From the IMG/VR virus record IMGVR_UViG_3300025438_000011: a stretch of 20,000 nucleotides of DNA; one strand, written 5' to 3'. The stretch is from an uncultured virus (IMG/VR IMGVR_UViG_3300025438_000011) (Duplodnaviria > Heunggongvirae > Uroviricota > Caudoviricetes). Shown one piece after another: positions 8,592 to 17,213 of the stretch. The notes under the pieces were generated by a model. That model had not been told where the DNA came from. It was given only the letters and a program-made list of their open reading frames with translations, and made no database searches. The position numbers and the translations under genes are program-made. Every line of letters begins with the position of its first letter. The first letter of the stretch is position 1.

Positions 8592-8844
8592 TATAATAAA
8601 CAAAGAAGTGTTGAAAGTTAAAAAATGTCCTTTAATAATCATTGGTTAATAATTTTGTTACCTTTATAAACCCCGTGATTCACACTATTCTATATACAAA
8701 TTATATTATATTAATATAAATTATAATAAACAAAGAAGTGTTGAAAGTTAAAAAATGTCCTTTAATAATCATTGGTTAATAATTTTGTTACCTTTATAAA
8801 CCCCGTGATTCACACTATTCTATATACAAATTATATTATATTAA
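8592..8844 (+). repeat. 130-bp tandem duplication; second copy interrupted by the IS1595 element and resumed after 15127
   Basis: 8592-8721 is repeated exactly from 8722 (CAAAGAAGTG at 8601 and 8731). After the element the sequence continues TATAAATTATAATAAACAAA as in copy 1. Confidence 0.95.
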
Positions 8845-8866
8845 GGGAACTATATACTTAGTTAAC

Positions 8867-9073
8867 CTAATTCAGGACAAACCCATCGTAGTCCTCTATT
8901 GAATATCTTATTTTCTTAATCTCTTCGATACACTTTATAGACATCGTAGCAAATCCATCAATCTTTTGTAGATTAACAACGTGTTCCTCAATCTTCTCCA
9001 ATGCAACCATTTCATTAGGTACATTCACAATAAATTCCCAACACATTTTAAACTTCACTTTATAATACTTCAT
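8867..9073 (-). CDS. Small hypothetical passenger protein
   Basis: 68 aa; starts 10 nt after the large gene; its TAG stop lies within the TIR. Confidence 0.6.
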   Translation of the reverse strand: MKYYKVKFKMCWEFIVNVPNEMVALEKIEEHVVNLQKIDGFATMSIKCIEEIKKIRYSIEDYDGFVLN

Positions 9074-9082
9074 AATTCTAAT

Positions 9083-12000
9083 TTATATTTTTATACCCGT
9101 TAGGTAAATGAATTTACCCCTATTTTCTATTAGACCAACTTGTTGAAACCCAACCTCATTGAGTGTACCAATAAGTTTCTCTTGCTCTTCCAATGTCTCG
9201 TAATTTTTTGATGGTTCAGCAATATAAATCACACCCTTCCTTCTAAGAATTCGATACGATTCTTTAATATAATCATCACTGTTCGTACCCCATAACGCCA
9301 GACTGAATACGGTAACATCAATCGATTCACTATCAAGTCTAGTTTCTTTCATATCACAAGCAATAACCGTATCATCAATCGCCACATGGTCAAATGAATA
9401 AACTTGGTTGTTTGGTATACAATCTTTAAAAAGGTTCTCACCACACCCGAAATCCGCAACAACGTCTCTAACATCTTTAATCTTGGTGGCGATGTATTCA
9501 TACGGAATCTCTTCCCAAGAACCCATACGTTCGTTCCTAAGAGCGTGATACCTTCTCCATGAGTCTGGGTTATCAGTAAACTCTTTATGCATCGTAGATG
9601 ATTTCGTAGTCTTTCCCCTTCTGTTAAATTCCGATAATTCTGAATTTATTCTACTTTCCCTCTCCTCACCATCAAGTTCTGGGTATAAATCCATCTGAAT
9701 TATGTTTCTCTCAGATGAAACCACGTTACCACCAATGACCCTATCTTGCCAGTTTTTCAAAGATTCAATAGACTTCTTAAACATCGTTTCTTTCGATGGT
9801 AGTATTCTCGATGGTATGACACCATCAACTGCCGCATCAGCCAAGGTTCGCTTATTCTTGATAAGGTTAAGTCTTTGTACGTCCCAAGACCATACCTCCC
9901 CACCCTCAAGTGGAATCCTAACCTGTGGGATGATTATCTCCACATTGTCAAATTCAGAACCTTGTCTATAAATTCTACCTTTTAATTGGGTATATTCGGA
10001 GTCAGTCCAAGGTAATGTTATACATATCATCCTATCTGATACTTCCTGTAACCCGTCAACACCTGTACCAATAGGCTTAGAGCCAATGAGCACATCAATT
10101 TTACCAGCAATAAAGTCTTTGAGGTTATTATCTCTCAATATCGATGATTCATCACCAGTATATGTCCCAACTTTAAAACCAAGAGACTCAACATGTTTTT
10201 GAACATTATTTACTATCCCACTAGTGAAATACGTATAAATAACAACACCCTTTCGTATGTATGGTGTAATGGCTTTCAACTTATCATTCAAGATAAGTTT
10301 TTCGACACCAGTATAGTTACTCTGAGATAGACCTAATAAATCGTCTAATAAGTGTGAACCATCGATAGATAAGTTACTCATATTTCTACCAGTCAACTCA
10401 TTAAGTTGTATGGCATAGTTAGGTATAAATCTTAAACCATTCAACGTTAGTTGTTTGAATACGTTAATTGCGTTACCGATAGTCCTTCTAGTTTGTAAGT
10501 CATTATACTCTAAACCACTCATCAACTCTAATAATGACTTAGCTTCATATAGATTGTTGATTACTGGAGTAGCTGACATGGCTAGAATGTGTAGACCATC
10601 ATTTTCCCTCGCACGTCCAAGTAATCTAACCATGACACCACGCCTAATCGATTCCTCTTCTTCTGTACGTTGTTTTGCGTTATGAACTTCATCAATAACA
10701 ACAAAGTCGATTTGGTTATTAGATGTTAGTGATTGGAATTTACCTTCTGAGTTATCTTGTTGGAACTTCTCGTAATTGAGGACTAGGTAGTTGTGATTAA
10801 CTCTATCAAAGACGTACCACTCTTTATATTCGGTAAAACACTTACTATCTGGGTAGACACCCTTAATTTCCTTACATAGTTGTTTTACTGTGGAATTTAG
10901 AGCAATCACTAGGGTCAATCTAGCATCCATATTACGTGAAGCTAAAATGAATGATAGTGTTTTACCTGCACCAGTTCCAGACCAGTTACCGTAGTATTTA
11001 TTCTTCAACAACCTATATACTGTGAGTTTCTGCATAAGGTTTGGTTGTGCAATATTACCATCTCTACCCCTAAACGAATACCCCTCTATTGGGGTTATCT
11101 TTGTCGCTTCATCATACTCGTTTATAAACGTTTCTTTAATCTCAGTGAAATACTTACCACCCGTCTCATTTCTAAGTTCTGAAACGTCCGTTACATCGTT
11201 AAGCGTTTTATTCCAATACTTCCTAATCTTATACTCTATAAGTGATTCAAAAGCCTCTTCATCCATTGATGAGTAGATAGTATTATCAAGTGAACGTAGG
11301 TCTTGTGTTGAGTTGATTGATGGTAATCTAAGTTCACTCTCCACCTCTTTAGTAATTTCATCGTCCACATCATCAACCTCAACTAACTCGGCTTCTTGGG
11401 TAGTTTCAGTTGGTTGGGTTGTTGTACTATCATCTTCTGGCTCGTTCTCAGATTCGAATCGTTCCTGTAATTCTCTAATAGTCACTACACGTTCATCTGA
11501 ATCAGCATCAGTATTAACTAGTGGTCTGAAATCGTTGGGTAATGCACCCTGTTGGATGATGATTTGTAGTTCAACTGGGTCGAATGTTAATAGGTCAGTT
11601 TCAGATAAATCATTCAGTAAACTAAGTTTGTATGGTTTGGAAAAACCATGATTACACACTGGGCAACCTTGACCCTGATTATGCTTATTTGGAGTTTGTT
11701 CGAATTCACCATGTTCTGTACATATGATAGTTATTTTATCCCTACCAACCATTTTTAAATTCATTTTAGAGTAATCATATATATCACCATGTACCTCTTT
11801 GAATTGTTTTATCAGATAATGTGTCCTATCCATAGCATTACTAGACACACAGTTAATACCTTTTATTAAATTTTTGGGACTTATTATATGTTCAGTACCG
11901 TACTTCTTATTAATCACTATTACACCATCAAGATTACTTATATATTCAACCTTAGAATAATTATACTCATTATTCCACTGCCCAGAGTCCTTTAATAATC

Positions 12001-12973
12001 TCAAGAAGTAATCCGTTTTATCAACAGCGTTTACAACACTACATTTAGGTAACAATGAAGTATTAATAATATGTTCAGTACCGTACTTTCTATCAATTAC
12101 TATTACAACACCAAGATTGCTCACATATTCAACTTTAGAATAATCATATTTATCGCCATAAATTTCTAGTAATCGTTTTATAATTTCATTAGTCGTTAAT
12201 CGTTGGTTACCACCACATTTTTGACAACCATGACCTTGTTTATGGTAAGTTGGTGATTGCTCAAACTCACCATGTTCAGGACACATTATAATCACCTTAG
12301 TTAGATTATTCACATAAATAACTCTACTATAATCGTACTTATTACCATGAACCCCTTTGAATTGTACTATAATTTCTTGTGTAGTTAGACCTCTACCAAC
12401 ACATTTATGACAACCCTTACCAACTTTATGTGCGGCAGATGATTGTCGGAACTCACCATGTTCTGGGCATATGATAATCATCTTACTATCATTATCAATG
12501 TAATTTATCTTAGAGTAATTATATATTTCACCATGAATCTCTTCGAATTCTTTTATCAGGTAACGGTTTTTATCTACAGAATTTTCCAACAAACATTTAT
12601 AACCAACCCCACGAGTCATACTTTCGGGTTTTAAGTGATGTTCGGTACCATAATTCTTATCAATGACTATAACTTTTGTCGTAGTATTAACATATTCAAC
12701 TTTGGAATAGTCATACATGACGTTCCAGTGACCATTATCTTTTAACTCTCTTAAAAAATAATCCGTCTGGTCGACAGCATTCCTTATACTACATTCAACA
12801 TCTCTACATATCATATTAGTAGGTGTCATTTGATGTTCGGTACCTAATTTAGTATCAATAACTATAACTTTGGTCTTAGCACTAACATATTCAACTTTGG
12901 AATAATCATACTCATTATTCCAATGTCCAGAATCCTTTAGCTTCTGAAGAAACTCTTTGGTTTTATTAGTCAT
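9083..12973 (-). CDS. Fusion protein: 7 homing-endonuclease-type repeats + SF2 (DEAH-type) helicase + RRP8-like SAM methyltransferase
   Basis: N-terminal YDYSKVEY...KVI(V/I)I repeats, three with CxxHGEF.Q....H..G.GCxxC. Acidic linker. Walker A SGTGAGKT, DEVH, SATP, GTGVDGLQ, QLKGRIYRQG. C-terminal W..YH, DFGCGE, SFDHVA, ACDM, DVTVFSLALWGTN, E..R.L...G..YIAE. Confidence 0.9.
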   Translation of the reverse strand: MTNKTKEFLQKLKDSGHWNNEYDYSKVEYVSAKTKVIVIDTKLGTEHQMTPTNMICRDVECSIRNAVDQTDYFLRELKDNGHWNVMYDYSKVEYVNTTTKVIVIDKNYGTEHHLKPESMTRGVGYKCLLENSVDKNRYLIKEFEEIHGEIYNYSKINYIDNDSKMIIICPEHGEFRQSSAAHKVGKGCHKCVGRGLTTQEIIVQFKGVHGNKYDYSRVIYVNNLTKVIIMCPEHGEFEQSPTYHKQGHGCQKCGGNQRLTTNEIIKRLLEIYGDKYDYSKVEYVSNLGVVIVIDRKYGTEHIINTSLLPKCSVVNAVDKTDYFLRLLKDSGQWNNEYNYSKVEYISNLDGVIVINKKYGTEHIISPKNLIKGINCVSSNAMDRTHYLIKQFKEVHGDIYDYSKMNLKMVGRDKITIICTEHGEFEQTPNKHNQGQGCPVCNHGFSKPYKLSLLNDLSETDLLTFDPVELQIIIQQGALPNDFRPLVNTDADSDERVVTIRELQERFESENEPEDDSTTTQPTETTQEAELVEVDDVDDEITKEVESELRLPSINSTQDLRSLDNTIYSSMDEEAFESLIEYKIRKYWNKTLNDVTDVSELRNETGGKYFTEIKETFINEYDEATKITPIEGYSFRGRDGNIAQPNLMQKLTVYRLLKNKYYGNWSGTGAGKTLSFILASRNMDARLTLVIALNSTVKQLCKEIKGVYPDSKCFTEYKEWYVFDRVNHNYLVLNYEKFQQDNSEGKFQSLTSNNQIDFVVIDEVHNAKQRTEEEESIRRGVMVRLLGRARENDGLHILAMSATPVINNLYEAKSLLELMSGLEYNDLQTRRTIGNAINVFKQLTLNGLRFIPNYAIQLNELTGRNMSNLSIDGSHLLDDLLGLSQSNYTGVEKLILNDKLKAITPYIRKGVVIYTYFTSGIVNNVQKHVESLGFKVGTYTGDESSILRDNNLKDFIAGKIDVLIGSKPIGTGVDGLQEVSDRMICITLPWTDSEYTQLKGRIYRQGSEFDNVEIIIPQVRIPLEGGEVWSWDVQRLNLIKNKRTLADAAVDGVIPSRILPSKETMFKKSIESLKNWQDRVIGGNVVSSERNIIQMDLYPELDGEERESRINSELSEFNRRGKTTKSSTMHKEFTDNPDSWRRYHALRNERMGSWEEIPYEYIATKIKDVRDVVADFGCGENLFKDCIPNNQVYSFDHVAIDDTVIACDMKETRLDSESIDVTVFSLALWGTNSDDYIKESYRILRRKGVIYIAEPSKNYETLEEQEKLIGTLNEVGFQQVGLIENRGKFIYLTGIKI

Positions 12974-13775
12974 TTTTAGATTCTAATATTTTCTTCTCAA
13001 ATTCTTTAATTTTCCTTTCGATAGGGGTAAAATTGGAAAATCCGATGTAATTAGTTTCATTTTCTAGTGTTGAAATCACATTTTTATCGGATTCAAATAA
13101 CACCAGTTGTAATTCTTCTTTAGAATTTAAAAGAATACATTTTTCTTTTCTATTAGTTAAATCAATATAGACAACCAAATTATAAATTACTTGACCACTT
13201 TCGTTTAACCAAGGTGTCTCAATAATATATTCACCATTCTCACAACTACCAACAGTATCACCTTTATGATAGTTAATAACCTTTTTCTTTGACCTATTAT
13301 TTATCTTGTTTTCTGGGAATAAAGTGTGTAGTATTTTAGTGTCTTTATATAGTAACATTCTGTATTTCATATTACCATTTACCATACAATCAACTTTCCC
13401 GATATATAAATCAAATAAATCTGGAGCCTTATTCTTCTCCGAATTTAGATTATCTACACAGTACAACTCATCCGATATATCGGAGTAGTCTATGATTGGT
13501 GCAGACTTTCCATTAAACTTAGATGGGTTATCCAATTTACCATTTACCCAATTTGGTTCATTTATCCAATAATTATGACGATTATTGATATGTTCAAATC
13601 CTGTATCTTCATCACCCTTTATTATAATAATATGATTTTTTGGGGTGACTTTACATATCGATGTCCTTTCTACACAAATTGCAATAGCGTATGGGTGTTG
13701 TAATGACGGATTATTATCAAAATCTGAGGTTATAGATTCAAGTTCATTATCCGTTAGTAAAATTTCGTTTCTCAT
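12966..13775 (-). CDS. Hypothetical passenger protein, possible BECR-fold/polymorphic-toxin-type nuclease
   Basis: KGDEDTGFEHINNRH ... SKF ... ILHTLFP pattern; overlaps the large gene by 8 nt. Confidence 0.55.
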   Translation of the reverse strand: MRNEILLTDNELESITSDFDNNPSLQHPYAIAICVERTSICKVTPKNHIIIIKGDEDTGFEHINNRHNYWINEPNWVNGKLDNPSKFNGKSAPIIDYSDISDELYCVDNLNSEKNKAPDLFDLYIGKVDCMVNGNMKYRMLLYKDTKILHTLFPENKINNRSKKKVINYHKGDTVGSCENGEYIIETPWLNESGQVIYNLVVYIDLTNRKEKCILLNSKEELQLVLFESDKNVISTLENETNYIGFSNFTPIERKIKEFEKKILESKND

Positions 13776-13807
13776 ATTCTATTTATAGATTAATTCACCT
13801 AAGAAGT

Positions 13808-14035
13808 TTACTTCTTTACCATTATTCCGAGCACATCATTAAAGTCAATATCAATAACCGACTCCAAATCACTGCACATCTCCCTTAATACCATTTTTAA
13901 CTGTAACAATTCCGATTCACTAAATGAATTAGAATTACTCGAATCCAACTTTTTATTGAACGTAGTATTGGACATGCTCAACTTGGCTGCCAATAAACTT
14001 TTGTTTATTTTCCACTTTTTAATAATTGTTTCCAT
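13808..14035 (-). CDS. HTH (Cro/XRE-like) regulator
   Basis: INKSLLAAKLSMSNTTFNKKL...FSESEL; TATCTTTG promoter element at 14041-14048 just upstream. Confidence 0.75.
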   Translation of the reverse strand: METIIKKWKINKSLLAAKLSMSNTTFNKKLDSSNSNSFSESELLQLKMVLREMCSDLESVIDIDFNDVLGIMVKK

Positions 14036-14067
14036 AGTAGCAAAGATACTGAAAAATTTTTAATTAA

Positions 14068-15000
14068 TCAACTACTTATCAAATCTTTATAAGTTAATCT
14101 AACGGCAGATTTATCCAATACCATGTTGAACCTATTCTCTTCCGAGAAGTCTCGTGTATTGTATCTAAAAACGTATTCATCGATATACATCTGTATGTGT
14201 TTTCTACTCATTACATGATACACACCTTTAATCCCTCGTTTAAGTAACGCCCAAAAACCCTCAATTGTATTGGTATGGACATCACCTCTAACATATTCGT
14301 GTTTATTGTGTTTAATTACTCGGTGGTCAAATACTTTATGTAATTTCTTATAACCACCCCATTCATCAGTATTAACCACACTCCCTTCTTTCACATTATC
14401 ATTAATATATTGACCAAGAACTGCAATTGTAACACTATCTAACATCTTTGCTCTTAACTCACCACCACGTTCTATAACTCCAGCAACAATAATCTTGGAC
14501 TTTGTACTCCTACCTTGTGAACCTTTACGCTTCTTACTGTAATGTTTATTCTTTTCCAATCCACCAACATATGTTTCGTCAGCTTCACATACACCACCTA
14601 ATTTACTCTCTGACTGATGTAGACCAAGTACTTTCCTAATTCGGTGGAGCATAAACCAAGCAGTCTTCTGAGTTACACCAATATCTTTACCCAGTTGCAT
14701 TGAAGATATACCTTTCTTATGTGATGTAACCAAATAGATAGCAGCAAACCACTTCTTTAATGATACCTTACTACCTTCGAATAGAGTTCCAACACGAACA
14801 CTGAATTGTTTCTTACAACAAGAACATTTGTAGGTCTTACCATTTTTATATTTGAACACTTTATTGTGACCACACTCATCATAAGGACATATGATTTTAT
14901 CGTTCCAACGAATCTTCTCCAGATAGTCTCGACATATTTGTTCGTCCTGAAAGTATGTGACTAATTCTATGAGGTTTGTAAACTTTTGTAGTGCTACCAT
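14068..15000 (-). CDS. IS1595-family transposase (ISPna2/ISXO2-like)
   Basis: Zn ribbon (CPYDEC...C..CKKQFSVRVGT.FE.SK), HTH (GISSMQL...GVTQKTAWFMLHRIR), DDE residues EADETYVGG, TDEW, HTNTIEGFW, YIDEY.FRYN.R. Confidence 0.97.
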   Translation of the reverse strand: MVALQKFTNLIELVTYFQDEQICRDYLEKIRWNDKIICPYDECGHNKVFKYKNGKTYKCSCCKKQFSVRVGTLFEGSKVSLKKWFAAIYLVTSHKKGISSMQLGKDIGVTQKTAWFMLHRIRKVLGLHQSESKLGGVCEADETYVGGLEKNKHYSKKRKGSQGRSTKSKIIVAGVIERGGELRAKMLDSVTIAVLGQYINDNVKEGSVVNTDEWGGYKKLHKVFDHRVIKHNKHEYVRGDVHTNTIEGFWALLKRGIKGVYHVMSRKHIQMYIDEYVFRYNTRDFSEENRFNMVLDKSAVRLTYKDLISS

Positions 15001-15222
15001 AATATACGTTTATATATTATAAATAGTCCGAAGTTTAAAAAATTAAACCTTTATTTGTAAATAGTTAGGAATTCCGTATATTTATTGATGTAATTGGGTT
15101 AACTAAGTATATAGTTCCCTATATTAATATAAATTATAATAAACAAAAAGGTAGATTCTTTAAATAACGGCTTACAGAACTGGTGTTTATTGAAATAAAT
15201 TAATAGAAAATTCTGTTACATT

Positions 15223-15398
15223 AATGGAGAGTTGAAAATGGTAGAATTGAACACTACCAAAATAAAGAAGATCACGCCTTATGTTGTTGGTTTCTCTTTA
15301 AGATAAAGTCCAAGTGGTTAGACCACCAAAAGATGTTGTTATAGGTTTTAGGCTTTAGACCTGACACATCAGTAAGTTCTTCAACTCTCCATTTTTTT
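15223..15398 (+). ncRNA. Candidate structured ncRNA (multibranch, 14-bp closing stem, U-tract)
   Basis: AATGGAGAGTTGAA (15223-15236) pairs perfectly with TTCAACTCTCCATT (15380-15393) and encloses four hairpins; no ORF. Family not recognised. Confidence 0.55.
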
Positions 15399-15425
15399 AT
15401 AACTAAAAACTAAACACTGTATAAA

Positions 15426-15821
15426 ATGACATTAAAAGAGAGAATTTCTGATGATTTTATGAAGGCTTTTAAAGCCAGAGATACCGTTCGTAAGCTATTA
15501 CTGAGTACGATTAAAGGTGAGATACAAACATTAGAAGGTAAGGGTATTGAGATGAATGATAGTGAGGTGGAAAAGCTATTGACAAAGTTCAAGAAAAGCT
15601 TGAATCAAAGTTTATCATCACAACCTGATGAAAATACAGTATTGGAATTGAAAATAATCTCTGATTATCTACCAGAATTGATGTCTGAGGAAGATGTTAG
15701 ATTGAAAGTGACTGAACTGATTGAGAATGGATCCAATAACATGGGTCTTATTATGAAAGAGTTTTCTAATATCCCGTGTGATAGAAAAGTCGTTTCACAG
15801 ATAGTACGTGAGTCATTATAA
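15426..15821 (+). CDS. GatB/YqeY domain protein
   Basis: MTLKERI.DD...A.KARD......L..IK.EI, E..I...YLPE.MSEE, MGLIMK, D.K.VS..V...L. Confidence 0.92.
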   Translation: MTLKERISDDFMKAFKARDTVRKLLLSTIKGEIQTLEGKGIEMNDSEVEKLLTKFKKSLNQSLSSQPDENTVLELKIISDYLPELMSEEDVRLKVTELIENGSNNMGLIMKEFSNIPCDRKVVSQIVRESL

Positions 15822-15847
15822 TAAGAGTTTTTATATAACAATAAGTA

Positions 15848-16111
15848 TTGAATATGAAAGAATATATCTCGCTACATAATTTTATAAAATTGGGAGGAAA
15901 TCCTGAAAAGGGAATGAAATTAATTGTGAATCCACCATTCGTAAATTCTAATGATTTAGTTCGAGCTGCTGGTTCAGACTATCACAGAATGTATAAAGAA
16001 TACACATTTGTAGAAATTGTAGAAGGAAAAGGTGTTGTAGTATTAGAAAAAAATGATAAATTTCTAGGAACAGGTTGGTTATATACACTTCAAGAATTAA
16101 TTTTGGCTTAA
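15848..16111 (+). CDS. Hypothetical protein
   Basis: 87-aa ORF (ATG at 15854 is a plausible start) after a TTTTATATAAC motif. Confidence 0.6.
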   Translation: MNMKEYISLHNFIKLGGNPEKGMKLIVNPPFVNSNDLVRAAGSDYHRMYKEYTFVEIVEGKGVVVLEKNDKFLGTGWLYTLQELILA

Positions 16112-16227
16112 TGAAATCTAAAAAGATAAGAGAGATAAAACTATTAAGAAACTGTTGAAGTAGTTTAACGATTTTTATCACCGATGTTTATTTTTATCTA
16201 AGAAATATAAGTATTATTTTTAATATA

Positions 16228-17213
16228 GGGTTACCCCTTTAAATCGCAGACCGTAGATAGGTTACGGTTTGGCATTGGATGTTTGTAAAAAAAAACATCA
16301 TGAAGATAAATAAAGGACTTACGCGTGAGGAATTCAGGGATCATTTCGGCACTCCGGACCAATGCATGCAATATCTGTCAGACCAAAAATGGGCAGGAGG
16401 ATATTCGTGCCGCAAGTGTGGGCACGGCAAACATGCCAATGGAAAGAAGGAGTACAATAGACGCTGCACAAAATGCGGATATGATGAATCTCCGACCGCA
16501 CACTCAATGTTCCATAAGCTCAAGTTCGGAATTGACAAGGCTTTTGAGATGACCTTTGATATTGTGACCTCTAAGAAAGGCGCCAACAGCATCTGGCTTG
16601 CCGAAAAGTACGGGATCAAGCAAACGACCGCCTGGTATTTCAGGCAAAAGGTGCAGGTGAACATGAAAAGCAGTGAAAGATTTCCTTTGGAAAAAGAGGT
16701 GCATGTTGATGAATTTGAGATAGGGACACCCAAAAAAGGAGAGCCTGGAAGAAGTCCTTCAAAGGGAAAGGTCAGGGTGGTCATAGCCTTGGAATACAGG
16801 GACGGGAAGCCCGGCAGGGGCTATGCCAAACAGATAGAGGACTACAGTTCAGAATCGCTCAGACCCATTTTTGACACTCACATCCGAAACGATGCAAGCG
16901 TTGTCACGGACGGTTGGGCGGGATACAGCCCTTTGAAAGAACAATTCCCAAAATTGGAACAGCGGCTTTCAGACAAGGGCAGGAATTTCACCATGCTGCA
17001 CATTCAGATCAGAAATTTCAAGAACTGGCTCAGGGGAGTGCATTCATATTGCAACAGGGAATATCTGCACAGATACATTGATGAGTATTTTTATAGGTTC
17101 AACAGGTTGAATTTCAGGGATTCCATATTTGAAAAGCTACTGAATCGAATGACCTGCCATGAGCCTGTCACCTATGAACAAATCACATGCAGTGCGACTT
17201 AAAGGGGTAACCC
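16228..17213 (+). mobile_element. IS1595-family insertion sequence, 986 bp
   Basis: TIRs GGGTTACCCCTTTAA(A/G)TCGCA at 16228-16248 and 17193-17213 (20/21 match); single transposase; visibly higher GC than the flanks. No exact adjacent TSD. Confidence 0.93.
16279..17202 (+). CDS. IS1595-family transposase (ISSod11-like)
   Basis: CxxC..CxxC Zn ribbon, KKG.NS..LA...GI.Q.TAW, VHVDEF, VVTDGW.GY, HIQIRNFKNWLRGVH, YIDEY.YRFNR. Start may be 16300; stop lies inside the right TIR. Confidence 0.95.
   Translation: MFVKKNIMKINKGLTREEFRDHFGTPDQCMQYLSDQKWAGGYSCRKCGHGKHANGKKEYNRRCTKCGYDESPTAHSMFHKLKFGIDKAFEMTFDIVTSKKGANSIWLAEKYGIKQTTAWYFRQKVQVNMKSSERFPLEKEVHVDEFEIGTPKKGEPGRSPSKGKVRVVIALEYRDGKPGRGYAKQIEDYSSESLRPIFDTHIRNDASVVTDGWAGYSPLKEQFPKLEQRLSDKGRNFTMLHIQIRNFKNWLRGVHSYCNREYLHRYIDEYFYRFNRLNFRDSIFEKLLNRMTCHEPVTYEQITCSAT

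Larger units (their letters stand above)
8845..15119 (-). mobile_element. IS1595-family cargo-carrying transposon, 6275 bp
   Basis: TIRs GGGAACTATATACTTAGTTAACC(T/C)AATT at 8845-8872 and 15092-15119 (27/28 match). 8-bp TSD TATATTAA at 8837-8844 and 15120-15127. IS1595 transposase at one end, followed by four co-oriented passenger ORFs. Confidence 0.96.

Noticed and set aside
8592..8844. CRISPR array
   Set aside because: It is a perfect 130-bp tandem duplication without variable spacers, and there are no cas genes.
15163..15313. RNase P-like words (AACGGCTTACAG at ~15166, ATAAAGTCCA at ~15303)
   Set aside because: They occur in the wrong order and match imperfectly; insufficient to call RNase P.
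15223..15398. tmRNA, tRNA, 6S or retron msr-msd identity for the structured region
   Set aside because: No GGGG start or G3:U pair, T-loop or tag ORF; multibranch rather than rod-shaped; no reverse transcriptase in the window.
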